Counted from the first letter of the stretch, positions 38,212 through 48,078 are shown. The stretch is 64,000 nt of DNA from Candidatus Bathyarchaeia archaeon (GCA_049513715.1 JBEKVV010000001.1:832223-896222), one strand, 5' to 3'. Notes: generated from the sequence alone by a model not told the origin. Made by a program: numbers and translations.

Positions 38212-39777
38212 TTAGGGTCTGAGGGTGGCGGGGGTCGTCATGTAGACCCAGAGCGCTTCCCCAACAGGAATCGAAGTTGAACCAGTAGCTCGAACCCATG
38301 TGCTGGTTGGGTTATCGTAAATCCAAACGTTGTTCGTATTGTAATCGCCGGTTATGCTTGTAAGGTAGACTGAGACAGTTTCAGGCGCCGTAGGGTCAGG
38401 TTGAGGTTTGAAGCCTAGCAGATTCCACCCGGCGGAAAGAGTGTAACTGGGCGGAGTCGACGGCGGGGGAGCAAACACGTACCCCAACTCGGTCAACGTG
38501 CTGGGATTGGTCACGTGAATCCAGTAACCAAACCCATCCTGCATAGTCGTCAACGGGCCCGTGCTTGGAGGCGTGAACGACTTCCATACGCCCCCCTGGT
38601 AAGACCAGACTATTGTGAAGTTGTGGCCTGAGATGAGCCCCCCAAGAAGACTACCAATCCCCTTGTACAACGGCACGAGGGGCAGCGAAATCAAATTCCA
38701 ACCCGTGACCAAAGAAATCGACGCTGAGGTCAGGTCACTAAACAGCTCAATACGGTAATTCTGAACGTCGACTACGTATACGTTCCCGGCTGAATCAGCA
38801 GCAATACCATGAGGTTCGTTGAGTTCGCCGGGAGTTGAACTGCCAGGACAGCCGGTTCCAGCGGTGGCGCAACCCCAAGCGGTAACATAAGTCCCCGTGC
38901 TCGTGAACTTCTCAACACGATTACCGCCATAGTCGGCTGCGTACACGTTCCCGGCTGAATCAACAGCAACGCTCTGCGGATAGTTGAATTCGCCGGGACC
39001 AGAACCACCCGGACAACCGTCTCCAGCGTCGGTGCAACCCCACGCCGTAAGGTAAGCACCCGTGCTAGTAAGCTTCTCGATACGATTATTCCCATCGTCG
39101 GCTACGTACACGTTCCCGCCTGAATCAACAGCAACACCAACCGGACCGTCGACATTGCCGGGACCAGAACCGGACGAAGCGATAGTCGCAATGAATGTGC
39201 CTGTACTCGTGAACTTCTCAACACGACTATTGCTGAAGTCGGCTACGTACACGTTCCCAGAGGAATCAACGGCAAGACCATACGGCTCGTTGAGTTCGCC
39301 GGGAGTTGAACTGCCAGGACAGCCGGTTCCAGCGGTGGCGCAACCCCAGGCGGTAATGTAGTGCCCTGTGCTCGTAAACTTCTCAACACGATTATTGGTA
39401 TAATCAGTTACGTATACGTTCCCTGAGGAATCAACGGCAATACCAAGCGGTCTGTGGAATTCGCCTGGACCAGAACCGGACGAACAGCCGCTTGCAGCGG
39501 TGGTGCAACCCCACGCCGTAACGTAAGCACCCGTGCTCGTAAACTTCTCAACACGATCATTGTTTTGGTCGGTTACGTACACGTTCCCGGCTGAATCAAC
39601 AGCAACACCCCACGGGCTGTCGAATTGGCCGGGATTGGAACCGTTGGTGCCCCAGGTGAGTAGGAAGTTGCAGCCGTTACAGGCTTGGACGGGAGGAGGC
39701 GGGGTGATTGAAAGACTACCGCTGACTACGGCCAGCAACAGGAGCGTACAGACGAGAACGGTTCGAAGATGGACCAA
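38212..39777 (-). CDS. Secreted NHL-repeat beta-propeller + GWNL C-terminal domain (copy 2)
   Basis: Signal peptide; six P.G.AVDS.GNVYV.D..N.RVEKF repeats; C-terminal domain 38212-~38720 ending ATLRP. Confidence 0.9.
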   Translation of the reverse strand: MVHLRTVLVCTLLLLAVVSGSLSITPPPPVQACNGCNFLLTWGTNGSNPGQFDSPWGVAVDSAGNVYVTDQNNDRVEKFTSTGAYVTAWGCTTAASGCSSGSGPGEFHRPLGIAVDSSGNVYVTDYTNNRVEKFTSTGHYITAWGCATAGTGCPGSSTPGELNEPYGLAVDSSGNVYVADFSNSRVEKFTSTGTFIATIASSGSGPGNVDGPVGVAVDSGGNVYVADDGNNRIEKLTSTGAYLTAWGCTDAGDGCPGGSGPGEFNYPQSVAVDSAGNVYAADYGGNRVEKFTSTGTYVTAWGCATAGTGCPGSSTPGELNEPHGIAADSAGNVYVVDVQNYRIELFSDLTSASISLVTGWNLISLPLVPLYKGIGSLLGGLISGHNFTIVWSYQGGVWKSFTPPSTGPLTTMQDGFGYWIHVTNPSTLTELGYVFAPPPSTPPSYTLSAGWNLLGFKPQPDPTAPETVSVYLTSITGDYNTNNVWIYDNPTSTWVRATGSTSIPVGEALWVYMTTPATLRP

Positions 39778-40101
39778 AGAAATAACTTCTCACCGGTAAC
39801 GGTAATGTTTGCAGTATTAATCCTATCCAGTGCGAGGGCTCGCAACTTTGCTAAGCCTGCGTCGGCGGCTGGAATAATGAACGGCTCCGCGGCCATTTTA
39901 CGCGCACCTTCCCGTTCATCCCTTTCTTGCTCACTACGCATCACTCGGTTTCAGGTTTGAACGACACCTAGAACGCGCTAGCAGGTCCCCTATGTCTAGG
40001 AGCACGAAACTTCTTCGTACCGTCACGCGTAACGACGACAAGCATTTGTTGGCTGTGTTCAGGCACAAGCCATCGTCACTGTGTATGCGTGTGTACGTGT
40101 G

Positions 40102-40465
40102 GGTTCTGTTAACTCTTCGGCTCATGGTTATTCGCCTTTGGAGTTAACTCGTCTGCATCGACTGAGGGATTACCGTCAGTCACGAATTCCCATACCATCG
40201 CTTCACTTGCAGACGCGACGGGGCTGAACCTCAGCCCTCTCGCCCAGCATTCACTGAGCCAGCTAGACCATTCGCCTAGTCAGGGTTTTACGCCGGTCAA
40301 GCAACGCCTTACCCAACATCGGACAACTCAGCTTTCAGGTACAGAGCCCACATATCGCCTAATGAGTTGCCTTCATCGGCTGATGACTAGCCTTCCTATG
40401 GAACAGATGTTACTGTTAGGTATGAGAGGTCAGTGTAAGCAATCAGCCAACAAGTTAACAGAACC
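40102..40465. mobile_element. 364-bp non-autonomous MITE with IS6-like ends
   Basis: Perfect 13-bp terminal inverted repeats GGTTCTGTTAACT / AGTTAACAGAACC, flanked by 8-bp direct repeat TACGTGTG (40094-40101, 40466-40473); no transposase ORF. Confidence 0.8.
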
Positions 40466-40528
40466 TACGTGTGTATGCGGAGAGCGTGTGGGAAGGCTTA
40501 TAGGGCTATAGCTATAGTTCTATAGCAA

Positions 40529-40726
40529 ATGACAACGACGGTTCAGGTGCGGGATGAGACTCGCCGCCTCCTAGAGAGACTCAAAAAGCAAATGGAGGTA
40601 CCGAGCTACGACGAAGTTATCAGAAGACTGGCTAGGTCAAAAGCGGGCGTCCCGGACTCTCTCTTTGGTGCTTGCCGTGGTTCCCATCGATTTGTGAGGG
40701 AGAAAGGGGACGACCACCGCTTCTAA
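40529..40726 (+). CDS. vapB: VapB-type antitoxin
   Basis: MTTTVQVRDETRRLLERLK....SYDEVIRRL; directly upstream of a PIN toxin; CTATAG repeats/palindrome upstream. Confidence 0.85.
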   Translation: MTTTVQVRDETRRLLERLKKQMEVPSYDEVIRRLARSKAGVPDSLFGACRGSHRFVREKGDDHRF

Positions 40727-40730
40727 CTTT

Positions 40731-41123
40731 GTGATTGACACTTACGCTTGGGTAGAGTATCTGCTCGGATCCAAGCAGGGTTCCAAGGCTAAAACGTACA
40801 TTGAAGGGGGCCGCGGTCTTACCCCTTCAATCGTGCTCAGTGAACTGCGTAGATGGTACCTCAGAGAAATCGAGGCGGGGCGCAAGTCTCAAAGAGATAT
40901 GCAAGAGCACTTCACTTACGTTGAGTCTGTAACTGAGATTGTGCCTCTCAATGCTCCCCTTGCCCTGCAAGCTGGGGAGACCGACTTTATCATGAAGAAG
41001 AGAATCAAGGATTGGCCGCTAGCGGATTCGATAATCTATGCAGCAGCGAAGTCGCGCGCTGCCAAGGTAGTGAGCGGAGATCCACACTTCAGATCGGTCG
41101 AAGACGTGATTTTCATAGGTTAG
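40731..41123 (+). CDS. vapC: VapC PIN-domain toxin
   Basis: IDTYAWVEY, SIVLSEL, LADSIIYA, SGDPHF. Confidence 0.9.
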   Translation: MIDTYAWVEYLLGSKQGSKAKTYIEGGRGLTPSIVLSELRRWYLREIEAGRKSQRDMQEHFTYVESVTEIVPLNAPLALQAGETDFIMKKRIKDWPLADSIIYAAAKSRAAKVVSGDPHFRSVEDVIFIG

Positions 41124-41155
41124 ATTAATCGCTATAGGTTGAGGTAGAAGTCGAG

Positions 41156-41330
41156 TTGTTGGATAGGTCGTTCCACGTAAACATACGAAGAGATGGGGCA
41201 GGGTACTATGTGGCTCATTGCTTAGAACTTCCGGCAGCCATGACCCAAGCAAGAAGTGAAGAAGAAGTTATTCGCAGAATCAAAGAAGCTATTCATTTAA
41301 TTCTTGAAGCGACACACGAAGGAGAGACAC
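41156..41330 (+). pseudogene. Orphan HicB-like antitoxin, 3' end fused to a truncated vapC on the opposite strand
   Basis: FHVNIRRDGAGYYVAHCLELPAAMTQARSEEEVIRRIKEAI; no hicA partner; ORF reads on into antisense vapC. Confidence 0.7.
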
Positions 41331-41424
41331 CTTTCGAGACTAGCTCAAGGAGTCTCTCGCACTCGGCAGCTCGTTTTTGGTCCAGCAGAAGCTCCAAGAA
41401 GATGCTTGTATCTAGAAGAATCAA
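41331..41424 (-). pseudogene. 5' fragment of a VapC PIN toxin
   Basis: Own translation MILLDTSIFLELLLDQKRAAECERLLELVSKG, then truncated; TTGA overlap with the upstream antitoxin stop. Confidence 0.75.
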
Positions 41425-41654
41425 TCAACGCGCGACCAAATCTTGTGTTGTAGTTGAACCGAGTTTGTTCGTACGTTCCTTAGCGCCCCTCTTACCAAAT
41501 GCCAATCAGCACTTCCAGGCGTAGAGAATCTCTTAATTGTCGCCTCAAGTGCCGTCTTCATGGCGCCCTTCTTGTAGCCGTACAGTTCCATCGCTCTCTT
41601 TCTGAACCTCTTTGCCAAAGCCTCGTCCACTTCTACTTTGATGATTTCGGTCAT
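41421..41654 (-). CDS. RHH-type antitoxin
   Basis: MTEIIKVEVDEALAKRFRKRAMELYGYKKGAMKTALE...SVQLQHKIW. Confidence 0.75.
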   Translation of the reverse strand: MTEIIKVEVDEALAKRFRKRAMELYGYKKGAMKTALEATIKRFSTPGSADWHLVRGALRNVRTNSVQLQHKIWSRVD

Positions 41655-41869
41655 AAGGTCGATAGGTACTTTTGTACCATATAATCCCACCCCAGAAAGC
41701 ATGCAGTCGAGAACGAAATGGAATTTAGTAATGGTGGGCCGAGGGAACTCACGGTCAAATGACGCGACAGCTGTTCGCAGCGGGGAGGGTGGATCCACCC
41801 ATCAGGGGGTGGTGCCAAACGGTGCCAAGCGAAGGTAACCCCAGGCCAATTGCCGCGACCTCAGAGGCT

Positions 41870-42102
41870 CTATCTGGCCTCAATCTTTTCCTCGAGTTCC
41901 TCTATCGAAACCCTACGGCGATATTGTCTCTTGCCTATGAGATGTTTCAGGGGTTGGCGGATCTTTTTGTATCGTTGTACCAATTGACTATCAATATCAC
42001 GTCTTAAGACCATGACTTTCTCACCAGGTCTCAGGTCCATTCCCCGTCTCACTTCCTTCGGTATCGTTATCTGTATTTTTCTGTTACGGTCGTTTCAGGC
42101 AG
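41870..42102 (-). pseudogene. AbrB/MazE-type antitoxin with a 1-nt deletion near the start; cognate toxin missing
   Basis: (L)PETTVTEKY / QITIPKEVRRGMDLRPGEKV are in different frames. Confidence 0.7.
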
Positions 42103-42463
42103 GGTTCGTCACCTGCTTTGGTGACGTATCCCGTAAGAAGTATCGGGTATACCGCATACGGCCCTAAGAGTATCGTCGCTCAAGCTCATGCTCACTCCGA
42201 CTGCCTTCAGCTCTTCCCCTCCGAAGCCCTTTCCTAACGTTTTGGGCGCGCACAGCGACCGGAGCGCAGGCATGTTCGAGAAGCTTCGCGTTTTTTCGAT
42301 GTCTGCCTATCAGGTACCGGATAACATCCTCATAGTCGACCTTCCTACCTACTTTTATTGGAAGCTCGGCTGCGAGCCCTACGAGTTCGCCGCGTAGACG
42401 CTCCGATACGGCTATTGTGGCACTCCCATAGCTCCCATCGGGTTAATTGTTTCAATCAAAGCG

Positions 42464-42514
42464 CTCTAGGGCTGTGACACAAATTAGGGTCATCCACGTC
42501 TGCAGTGGAACATT
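42464..42514 (+). repeat. 51-bp dispersed repeat, copy 2
   Basis: See 33143-33193. Confidence 0.85.
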
Positions 42515-42659
42515 ATGTGAGTGCTTATGAGCAAGCAACTCTGATTGTTGTTTTGCTTGGCGCATGTCTCGATGCTCTCCCTCGCTTGCGCTCTCTCAAT
42601 ATTGAGCCTTCTCAACGGGGTCCTTGGTCGTGTAGTCTGCCGTTAAGGAGCCTAGCGTA

Positions 42660-44981
42660 ATGAAATCCCTCTACTCCACTTTGGCTCTCTTGTTTCTGAT
42701 TCTGACGGTTGCAGGACCGCAACAGCCAGCAACAAGGGCATCGAGTAACGCGGCGGTATCTCCCTGCCTTTCTCCTACTCCAAGCGATTCCTCGAGACAG
42801 CAGATCAATCTCGGGGTGGAAAGGGGAGCAGTTTCGGGAAGCGTTGCCCCAGTAGTCATGAAGCACCAGGCGGCGTACAAGGGCGACTTCGCTTCGAATA
42901 CAATCCTAAACTTGGAGTTTGTGTTCAAGATCAGGAATCGTGACGCCTTCGAGGCCTGCCTCGGGTCGGTTGAGAACCCTGCATCGCCTGAGTTTCGTAA
43001 CTTCCTGAACGCCGCCACCTTGCAACCTTACATGCCCACGCCAGGCGCCAGGGATTCCGTTAAAGCGTTCTTCCAGAACTATGGGTTCACTGTAACCGAT
43101 GCGGCGTCACCCTTGGTGCTGAGGTTGACTGGGTCGGCGCAGCAAGCGGCGAACGTATTTAATGTGAACTTTGGGGTATTTTCTCAAGATAAGAACGGAA
43201 CTTTCTACTCAGCAACATCAGACCCGACTCTACCACAGAACCTTGCTGGCTTAGCCTTAGCTGTACTCGGCCTCGACAATTACACGACACCACGCCCAGC
43301 CGAGACACCTTGCGGACCGTCTGGATCTTTCAATCATCCCCTGTGCCCTCAGGCGGTTCAGGTAGGGTACTCTTTGACCGGCTTGTATTCTTCATTGTTC
43401 ATGGGGCAAGGCGTGAATGTGGCCATAGTCGATTTCCCCGGTGACCCGGGTATACAATCAGCGATAGACACGTACGACCTGCAGTATGGCCTCCCATCTG
43501 TATCAATCAACCTCGTTTACCCTGATGGGCCAATCCCCCCATCTTCCTACCTCACTAATTGGGCGGCTGAAGCGGCCATGGATGTTGAAGCCGTGCACAC
43601 TACGGCGCCGAAGGCTGGGATCGTACTTCTCTATGATACTGTGGATTTGATGAATGCTGTTGACTACGTTGCGGCGCACAATCTTGCGAGCATCGTTTCG
43701 AACAGTTGGACCTACGCCTGCAACTCCGGTTCCTTCTTCTTCTCCTGCAGTGATACTCAGTTTCCGGTTGCTTTTGTGCAATCGGTTGATGCACGATTGC
43801 AGGTTGACGCTGCACTAGGGTTGACAGTTCTTTTTGCGTCTAGCGATCAGGGCTCAAGGCCGGACGGCGGGCATATCGGGACAGAATTCCCATCCTCTGA
43901 CCCCAACGTTTTGGCAGTTGGAGCAACGAACCTTGTTATGACAGGATGCACGGTAAACAGCTGCACTAGTTATGGAGGAGAAACGGGAGCCTCGTTCAGT
44001 GGCGGAGGATACAGCGGATTCTTCGCAGAGCCCTCCTGGCAAATTTCCTACCTCGGCGCGAAGCCCGGTCGCGCTGTCCCTGATGTCTCCATGATCGGTG
44101 GGACCCCAGCTTTCTGGGTTTATTCATCGTTCGCGAGCAGTTGTGGTGGCGGAATTGGTGGAGGATGGTTCCCCTGCTTTGGCACAAGTCTTTCCACTCC
44201 GCTTTGGGCTGGGTTCTTGGCGATCGCGATTCAATTGAACGGTGGCGCGTTGGGAAACGTTGCGCCGTTGATCTATCAGCTGGGAGCCAGTGCCTTGTAT
44301 TCATCACTCTTCCACGATGTGGTTTCGGGCTCAAATGGGGATTACTCCGCAACCGCGGGGTGGGACCCAGTAACGGGCTGGGGAACCCCCCTTGCTAGCA
44401 ATTTGGCTCCGGCAATTGCGAATCTTGTTTCGTTGACTTTCAGTTATTCAATTCTCAGCGGAGGCTCTCCCCTCGCGCCAGTCCTTCACTACGTTCACGG
44501 CGGTTCTTCCCAGACCTTCACGTTGACGATTACCCCCACGTTTGTTCTGGTGGATCCGGGAACTTTCTGGTCCGTGGACCCGAACCCCCTAGGAGGTTCC
44601 ACGGGGAACGAGCGATGGTTCACAAGCCAAGTGATAAGTGGAACCGTTGCAGGCCCGCTAACGGCCAACCTCGCTTATCAGCATCAGTATAGCTTGACGC
44701 TAGAGGTTTTCCCTTCCGGTGCCGGGACTACTTCCCCCGCCTCCAGCATAACTCAATGGGAGAATGCGGGCACGTTGGTCACAATCCAAGCAACTCCGGG
44801 GGCAAGATATCAGTTCAGGAAATGGGTTGGGATTGGCATTTCATCCTACACTGGGACCAATAATGCTGTCACAATCATCATGAATGGCCCGGTGAAAGAG
44901 ACAGCCCACTTCGAAGGCACCTTTGCTCGAGGCGATTACCGCGAGGCCCCTCGGGCCACAATCATAGACACAAGATTGTAG
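42660..44981 (+). CDS. Secreted sedolisin (S53) serine-carboxyl peptidase with pro-domain and C-terminal beta-repeat
   Basis: Signal peptide; pro-kumamolisin-like region; EAAMD, SSDQG, PDVS, GTSLSTP, GWDPVTGWG. Confidence 0.88.
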   Translation: MKSLYSTLALLFLILTVAGPQQPATRASSNAAVSPCLSPTPSDSSRQQINLGVERGAVSGSVAPVVMKHQAAYKGDFASNTILNLEFVFKIRNRDAFEACLGSVENPASPEFRNFLNAATLQPYMPTPGARDSVKAFFQNYGFTVTDAASPLVLRLTGSAQQAANVFNVNFGVFSQDKNGTFYSATSDPTLPQNLAGLALAVLGLDNYTTPRPAETPCGPSGSFNHPLCPQAVQVGYSLTGLYSSLFMGQGVNVAIVDFPGDPGIQSAIDTYDLQYGLPSVSINLVYPDGPIPPSSYLTNWAAEAAMDVEAVHTTAPKAGIVLLYDTVDLMNAVDYVAAHNLASIVSNSWTYACNSGSFFFSCSDTQFPVAFVQSVDARLQVDAALGLTVLFASSDQGSRPDGGHIGTEFPSSDPNVLAVGATNLVMTGCTVNSCTSYGGETGASFSGGGYSGFFAEPSWQISYLGAKPGRAVPDVSMIGGTPAFWVYSSFASSCGGGIGGGWFPCFGTSLSTPLWAGFLAIAIQLNGGALGNVAPLIYQLGASALYSSLFHDVVSGSNGDYSATAGWDPVTGWGTPLASNLAPAIANLVSLTFSYSILSGGSPLAPVLHYVHGGSSQTFTLTITPTFVLVDPGTFWSVDPNPLGGSTGNERWFTSQVISGTVAGPLTANLAYQHQYSLTLEVFPSGAGTTSPASSITQWENAGTLVTIQATPGARYQFRKWVGIGISSYTGTNNAVTIIMNGPVKETAHFEGTFARGDYREAPRATIIDTRL

Positions 44982-45118
44982 ACTTAGGACGGGAGCTCGT
45001 AAGCCGATTCAGCCTTAACGCTTCGGAGGTTGCTGTGGTTTGAGTTGGTCGATGGTGCAGTGGCTACATAGCGTAGCGTATGCTCAGAAAAATGAGAGAA
45101 AAAAAGGAAGGGAGTACT

Positions 45119-47347
45119 CTATGGGTAGAGTACTGCGGCCGTGGTCATGTAGACCCACATGCCTTGTCCGATTAGAACGGTAACGCCATCCGTTCTGGTC
45201 CAAGTGCCTGCACTGCTGTTGTAGATCCAGACATTGTTCGTGCTATACTTTGTGGCAATGCTCGCTAGGTAGGAGCTTGCTGTTTCGGGGGCTACTGTGG
45301 GTTGTGGTTTGAAGCCGATCAAGTTCCAGCCTAATGAAAGCGCGTAGTTTGGTGGGCTCATTGCGGGCGGAATTACCCAACCCGTCGAGGGAACTGAGTA
45401 TGCCAGTGTGTCAGCTTTGGTCATGAAGATCCAGTAGCCAACTCCGTCTTGGATGGTCGTAAGGGTGCCCGTGACGTGGCCTGAAAAGGTTCCGCCTCCG
45501 GTTAACAGGGCAGATTTCCAGCTGCCGCCTTGGTAGGCAAAGATGCTTGTGAAAGAGTTGTCCACGATCAGATTTGCGAGAACGGTGTTGATTGCTGTGG
45601 TTACTGGAACTAGTGGAATGCTGATCAGGTTCCAACCAGGAACCAAGCTAATCGACCCTTGGGTGATAGTCATGAAGTCCGTTAGGAAGTTCAAAACATC
45701 AGGACTGCCCCAACCAGTTGTCAGGTCGAAGCCAGCTGCCGCTGGATATCCTTTGAAGCTTAGCGTTGGCGGTAGGACATTGGTGTTGTTGCCGACGGTT
45801 ATGTCATGGAAGGAGTGACTGTAGAGCGGGCTCATGGCGAGGCTGTAGATTGTTGGGTTGATGAAACCTACTGGGCCTGCGTTCACTTGGTTGAGTAGGG
45901 CGATGATTGCAGCCCACGAAGGTGAGCTTGCGCTCGTTCCACCAAAAACTGCCCAACGGTGAAGACTTGGAGCGATTCCTAGATAGGCTAGTACGCCGCC
46001 GACGACTGCTGCATTGAATGAAACGTCTGGGCCTAATCTACCCGATGCTGCCATAGTTCCGCTTGGTAGGGTTGCGAATGTTGCAGGTAGAGATGTCTGA
46101 TAGAGTGGTTTCGTGTATAGTGTGCTCACTCCACCGCCGGTCGAACTGCTAGATCCGAGGTCATTGTACTCATTCCAAGCACCCTCGCCCCCGTAACCAG
46201 TGGGGGTACAGCCTGTTGGTTCGCCTGGTCTCGCAGCTGTCGTGCATCCGTTGGCGCCGCCGGTCATCACTACGAGGCCTGTGTTGCAGGTTGCTCCCGC
46301 AGCGCAAGTCTTAGTGCCTCCAGGGCCTGGTGGGTAGTATTGGCCGTTTGTGCCTGTATAGGGTTGGCCTTGTGTGCCTCCGATGGCCAAGACGTAGGGG
46401 CTAGTTGATGGAGATGATGGTATCAACGCGTTTGCCTTTGGCGGAGAGAAGTATCGGTAGCCCTCGTTCGCTCCATCATCACCTGATGAGGCGAGAACGG
46501 TCCAATGGTTGGTTGCGGCGATTCTGTAGACGTTGTCTTGTGTAGCCTTAATGGAAGGGTCAAACAGTGTGCATGTTGGGAAATTGATGCATCCGACAAC
46601 GGAGTCGGGTTCCCCGAAGCTTTGCGACATTATGCTACCCATAAGGCTGGGTTGCGTGACCACCGCCATCTCAGCTGCGTTCAGGTCACTGTCGAAGTCG
46701 GAGTTCGAGACTACTAGCACTATGTTTGCGCCTGGTGCGAGTGCATGAGATGCGGTCACATCAAGCGTGATTTCCTCGGCCCATCCTACTTGGTTAGTGT
46801 TGGTGCTATTGAAGGTTGGACATGTGTCACCTACCCCGGTCCAAGTTGGCCCACATCGAATCACGAAGCTGGGTGGTGCTGGTAGGCTGAAGTTGCCGTC
46901 GTAGTTGCTCAAGTCGTTGAGTATGGTTGGGCTGCCGAAGGCGTCTACGATGACGATTGTTTGACCGGTTCCGTTGACTCCATCCATCGCCGGGACCATG
47001 CTGTATGCTGGGTTATCGGTGACATTTTCCCACACGCTCGTTCCTGTTGTAAGGGTTGGGAAGTCGTAAGCTTTCCTGATGAAGTCAGGTGGGTAGCAAA
47101 GGATAGTTCCCAAGCCACCACTCGTGCAGAATGGGGCTCCGCCAATAGGCGCAGCTGGGTTGAACACGGTTTTTGGATTGAAGGAGGGGTCGAGTAGGAT
47201 GTTGGGTGGCCGGCCGATCATGCCTCCATCCCAAGTCCATGGTGTTGGGGCTTGAGCTTTCACGAAGTTTGTTGAAGTAATTGAGATACTAGTGGTGCTG
47301 ATTAAGACAAGTAACGTTATTGCTAACAATTTCAGAAACATTTTCAT
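45119..47347 (-). CDS. Secreted sedolisin (S53) lacking a pro-domain + GWNL C-terminal domain (copy 3)
   Basis: EITLD, SSGDDG, PDVS, GGTSASSP, GFDLTTGWG; C-terminal domain 45119-~45655 ending AVLYP. Confidence 0.9.
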   Translation of the reverse strand: MKMFLKLLAITLLVLISTTSISITSTNFVKAQAPTPWTWDGGMIGRPPNILLDPSFNPKTVFNPAAPIGGAPFCTSGGLGTILCYPPDFIRKAYDFPTLTTGTSVWENVTDNPAYSMVPAMDGVNGTGQTIVIVDAFGSPTILNDLSNYDGNFSLPAPPSFVIRCGPTWTGVGDTCPTFNSTNTNQVGWAEEITLDVTASHALAPGANIVLVVSNSDFDSDLNAAEMAVVTQPSLMGSIMSQSFGEPDSVVGCINFPTCTLFDPSIKATQDNVYRIAATNHWTVLASSGDDGANEGYRYFSPPKANALIPSSPSTSPYVLAIGGTQGQPYTGTNGQYYPPGPGGTKTCAAGATCNTGLVVMTGGANGCTTAARPGEPTGCTPTGYGGEGAWNEYNDLGSSSSTGGGVSTLYTKPLYQTSLPATFATLPSGTMAASGRLGPDVSFNAAVVGGVLAYLGIAPSLHRWAVFGGTSASSPSWAAIIALLNQVNAGPVGFINPTIYSLAMSPLYSHSFHDITVGNNTNVLPPTLSFKGYPAAAGFDLTTGWGSPDVLNFLTDFMTITQGSISLVPGWNLISIPLVPVTTAINTVLANLIVDNSFTSIFAYQGGSWKSALLTGGGTFSGHVTGTLTTIQDGVGYWIFMTKADTLAYSVPSTGWVIPPAMSPPNYALSLGWNLIGFKPQPTVAPETASSYLASIATKYSTNNVWIYNSSAGTWTRTDGVTVLIGQGMWVYMTTAAVLYP

Positions 47348-47469
47348 TTGAGTTTAACACTCAATCAATCTGTCAAACTCTCAACATACTTAACACTTGT
47401 GACAAAAACTGAGAACCCACGTTTGCGGTCCAATATCAGCCGATATAAACCCTCCCTTTCTCGCGGGTT

Positions 47470-48078
47470 ATGTCTGGTGCTGTTCGAAAACCTAGACTTA
47501 ACCATCCTCAATACCAACTAGTACTCGGGGTTCGCGATTTGAGATATGGCACGTCACACGCCAGCCGTTATGGAGCTGTTTGGTTACTGGTTTTGTTGGT
47601 CCTGGTGGCCCCAGGGGTTTACGGATCTGTTTCAGTCAACGACCACCCCTGTAGCTCCCTGGCCGTGCAATCCGACAAAGACACTTACAGAATCGGGGAA
47701 TCTGTGAACGTCACGGTGAGCTACGCTCCAGTCCTTCCAGGCTGCGTCGAGTTCATGATCGCTCACGATTACGTGATAACGATCCAGATACTGAACGGTT
47801 CGAACTCTGTGGAGTATTCGTCCAACCACACAACGACCGGAGCTCTAACAATCCATGACCAATGGACGCCGCTTGCAACAGGCGACTTTACGATTAACGC
47901 AACCTCTTGGTTCAGGTTGCTTGGAGGCGACTCGATGATGAAACAGATGGAAGCATCCAAACTGATTCATGTCCAAGCCCCCCCATTGACCCCAATACCT
48001 ACAGTGGGGTTGGCGGCGGCTCTGGTTGTCATTGGCGGCGCCGCGTTGGCTGTGTACCTTAATCAACGAAGAAAGTAG
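47470..48078 (+). CDS. Small secreted Ig-like protein with C-terminal TM anchor (start probably ~47539)
   Basis: VWLLVLLVLVAPG signal; SDKDTYRIGESVNVTV; PIP-TM-RRK tail. Confidence 0.7.
   Translation: MSGAVRKPRLNHPQYQLVLGVRDLRYGTSHASRYGAVWLLVLLVLVAPGVYGSVSVNDHPCSSLAVQSDKDTYRIGESVNVTVSYAPVLPGCVEFMIAHDYVITIQILNGSNSVEYSSNHTTTGALTIHDQWTPLATGDFTINATSWFRLLGGDSMMKQMEASKLIHVQAPPLTPIPTVGLAAALVVIGGAALAVYLNQRRK

Noticed and set aside
35400..42600. Integron cassette array
   Set aside because: TA-rich and cassette-like, but no tyrosine integrase, genes are in mixed orientations, and no recurring attC-like site follows each gene
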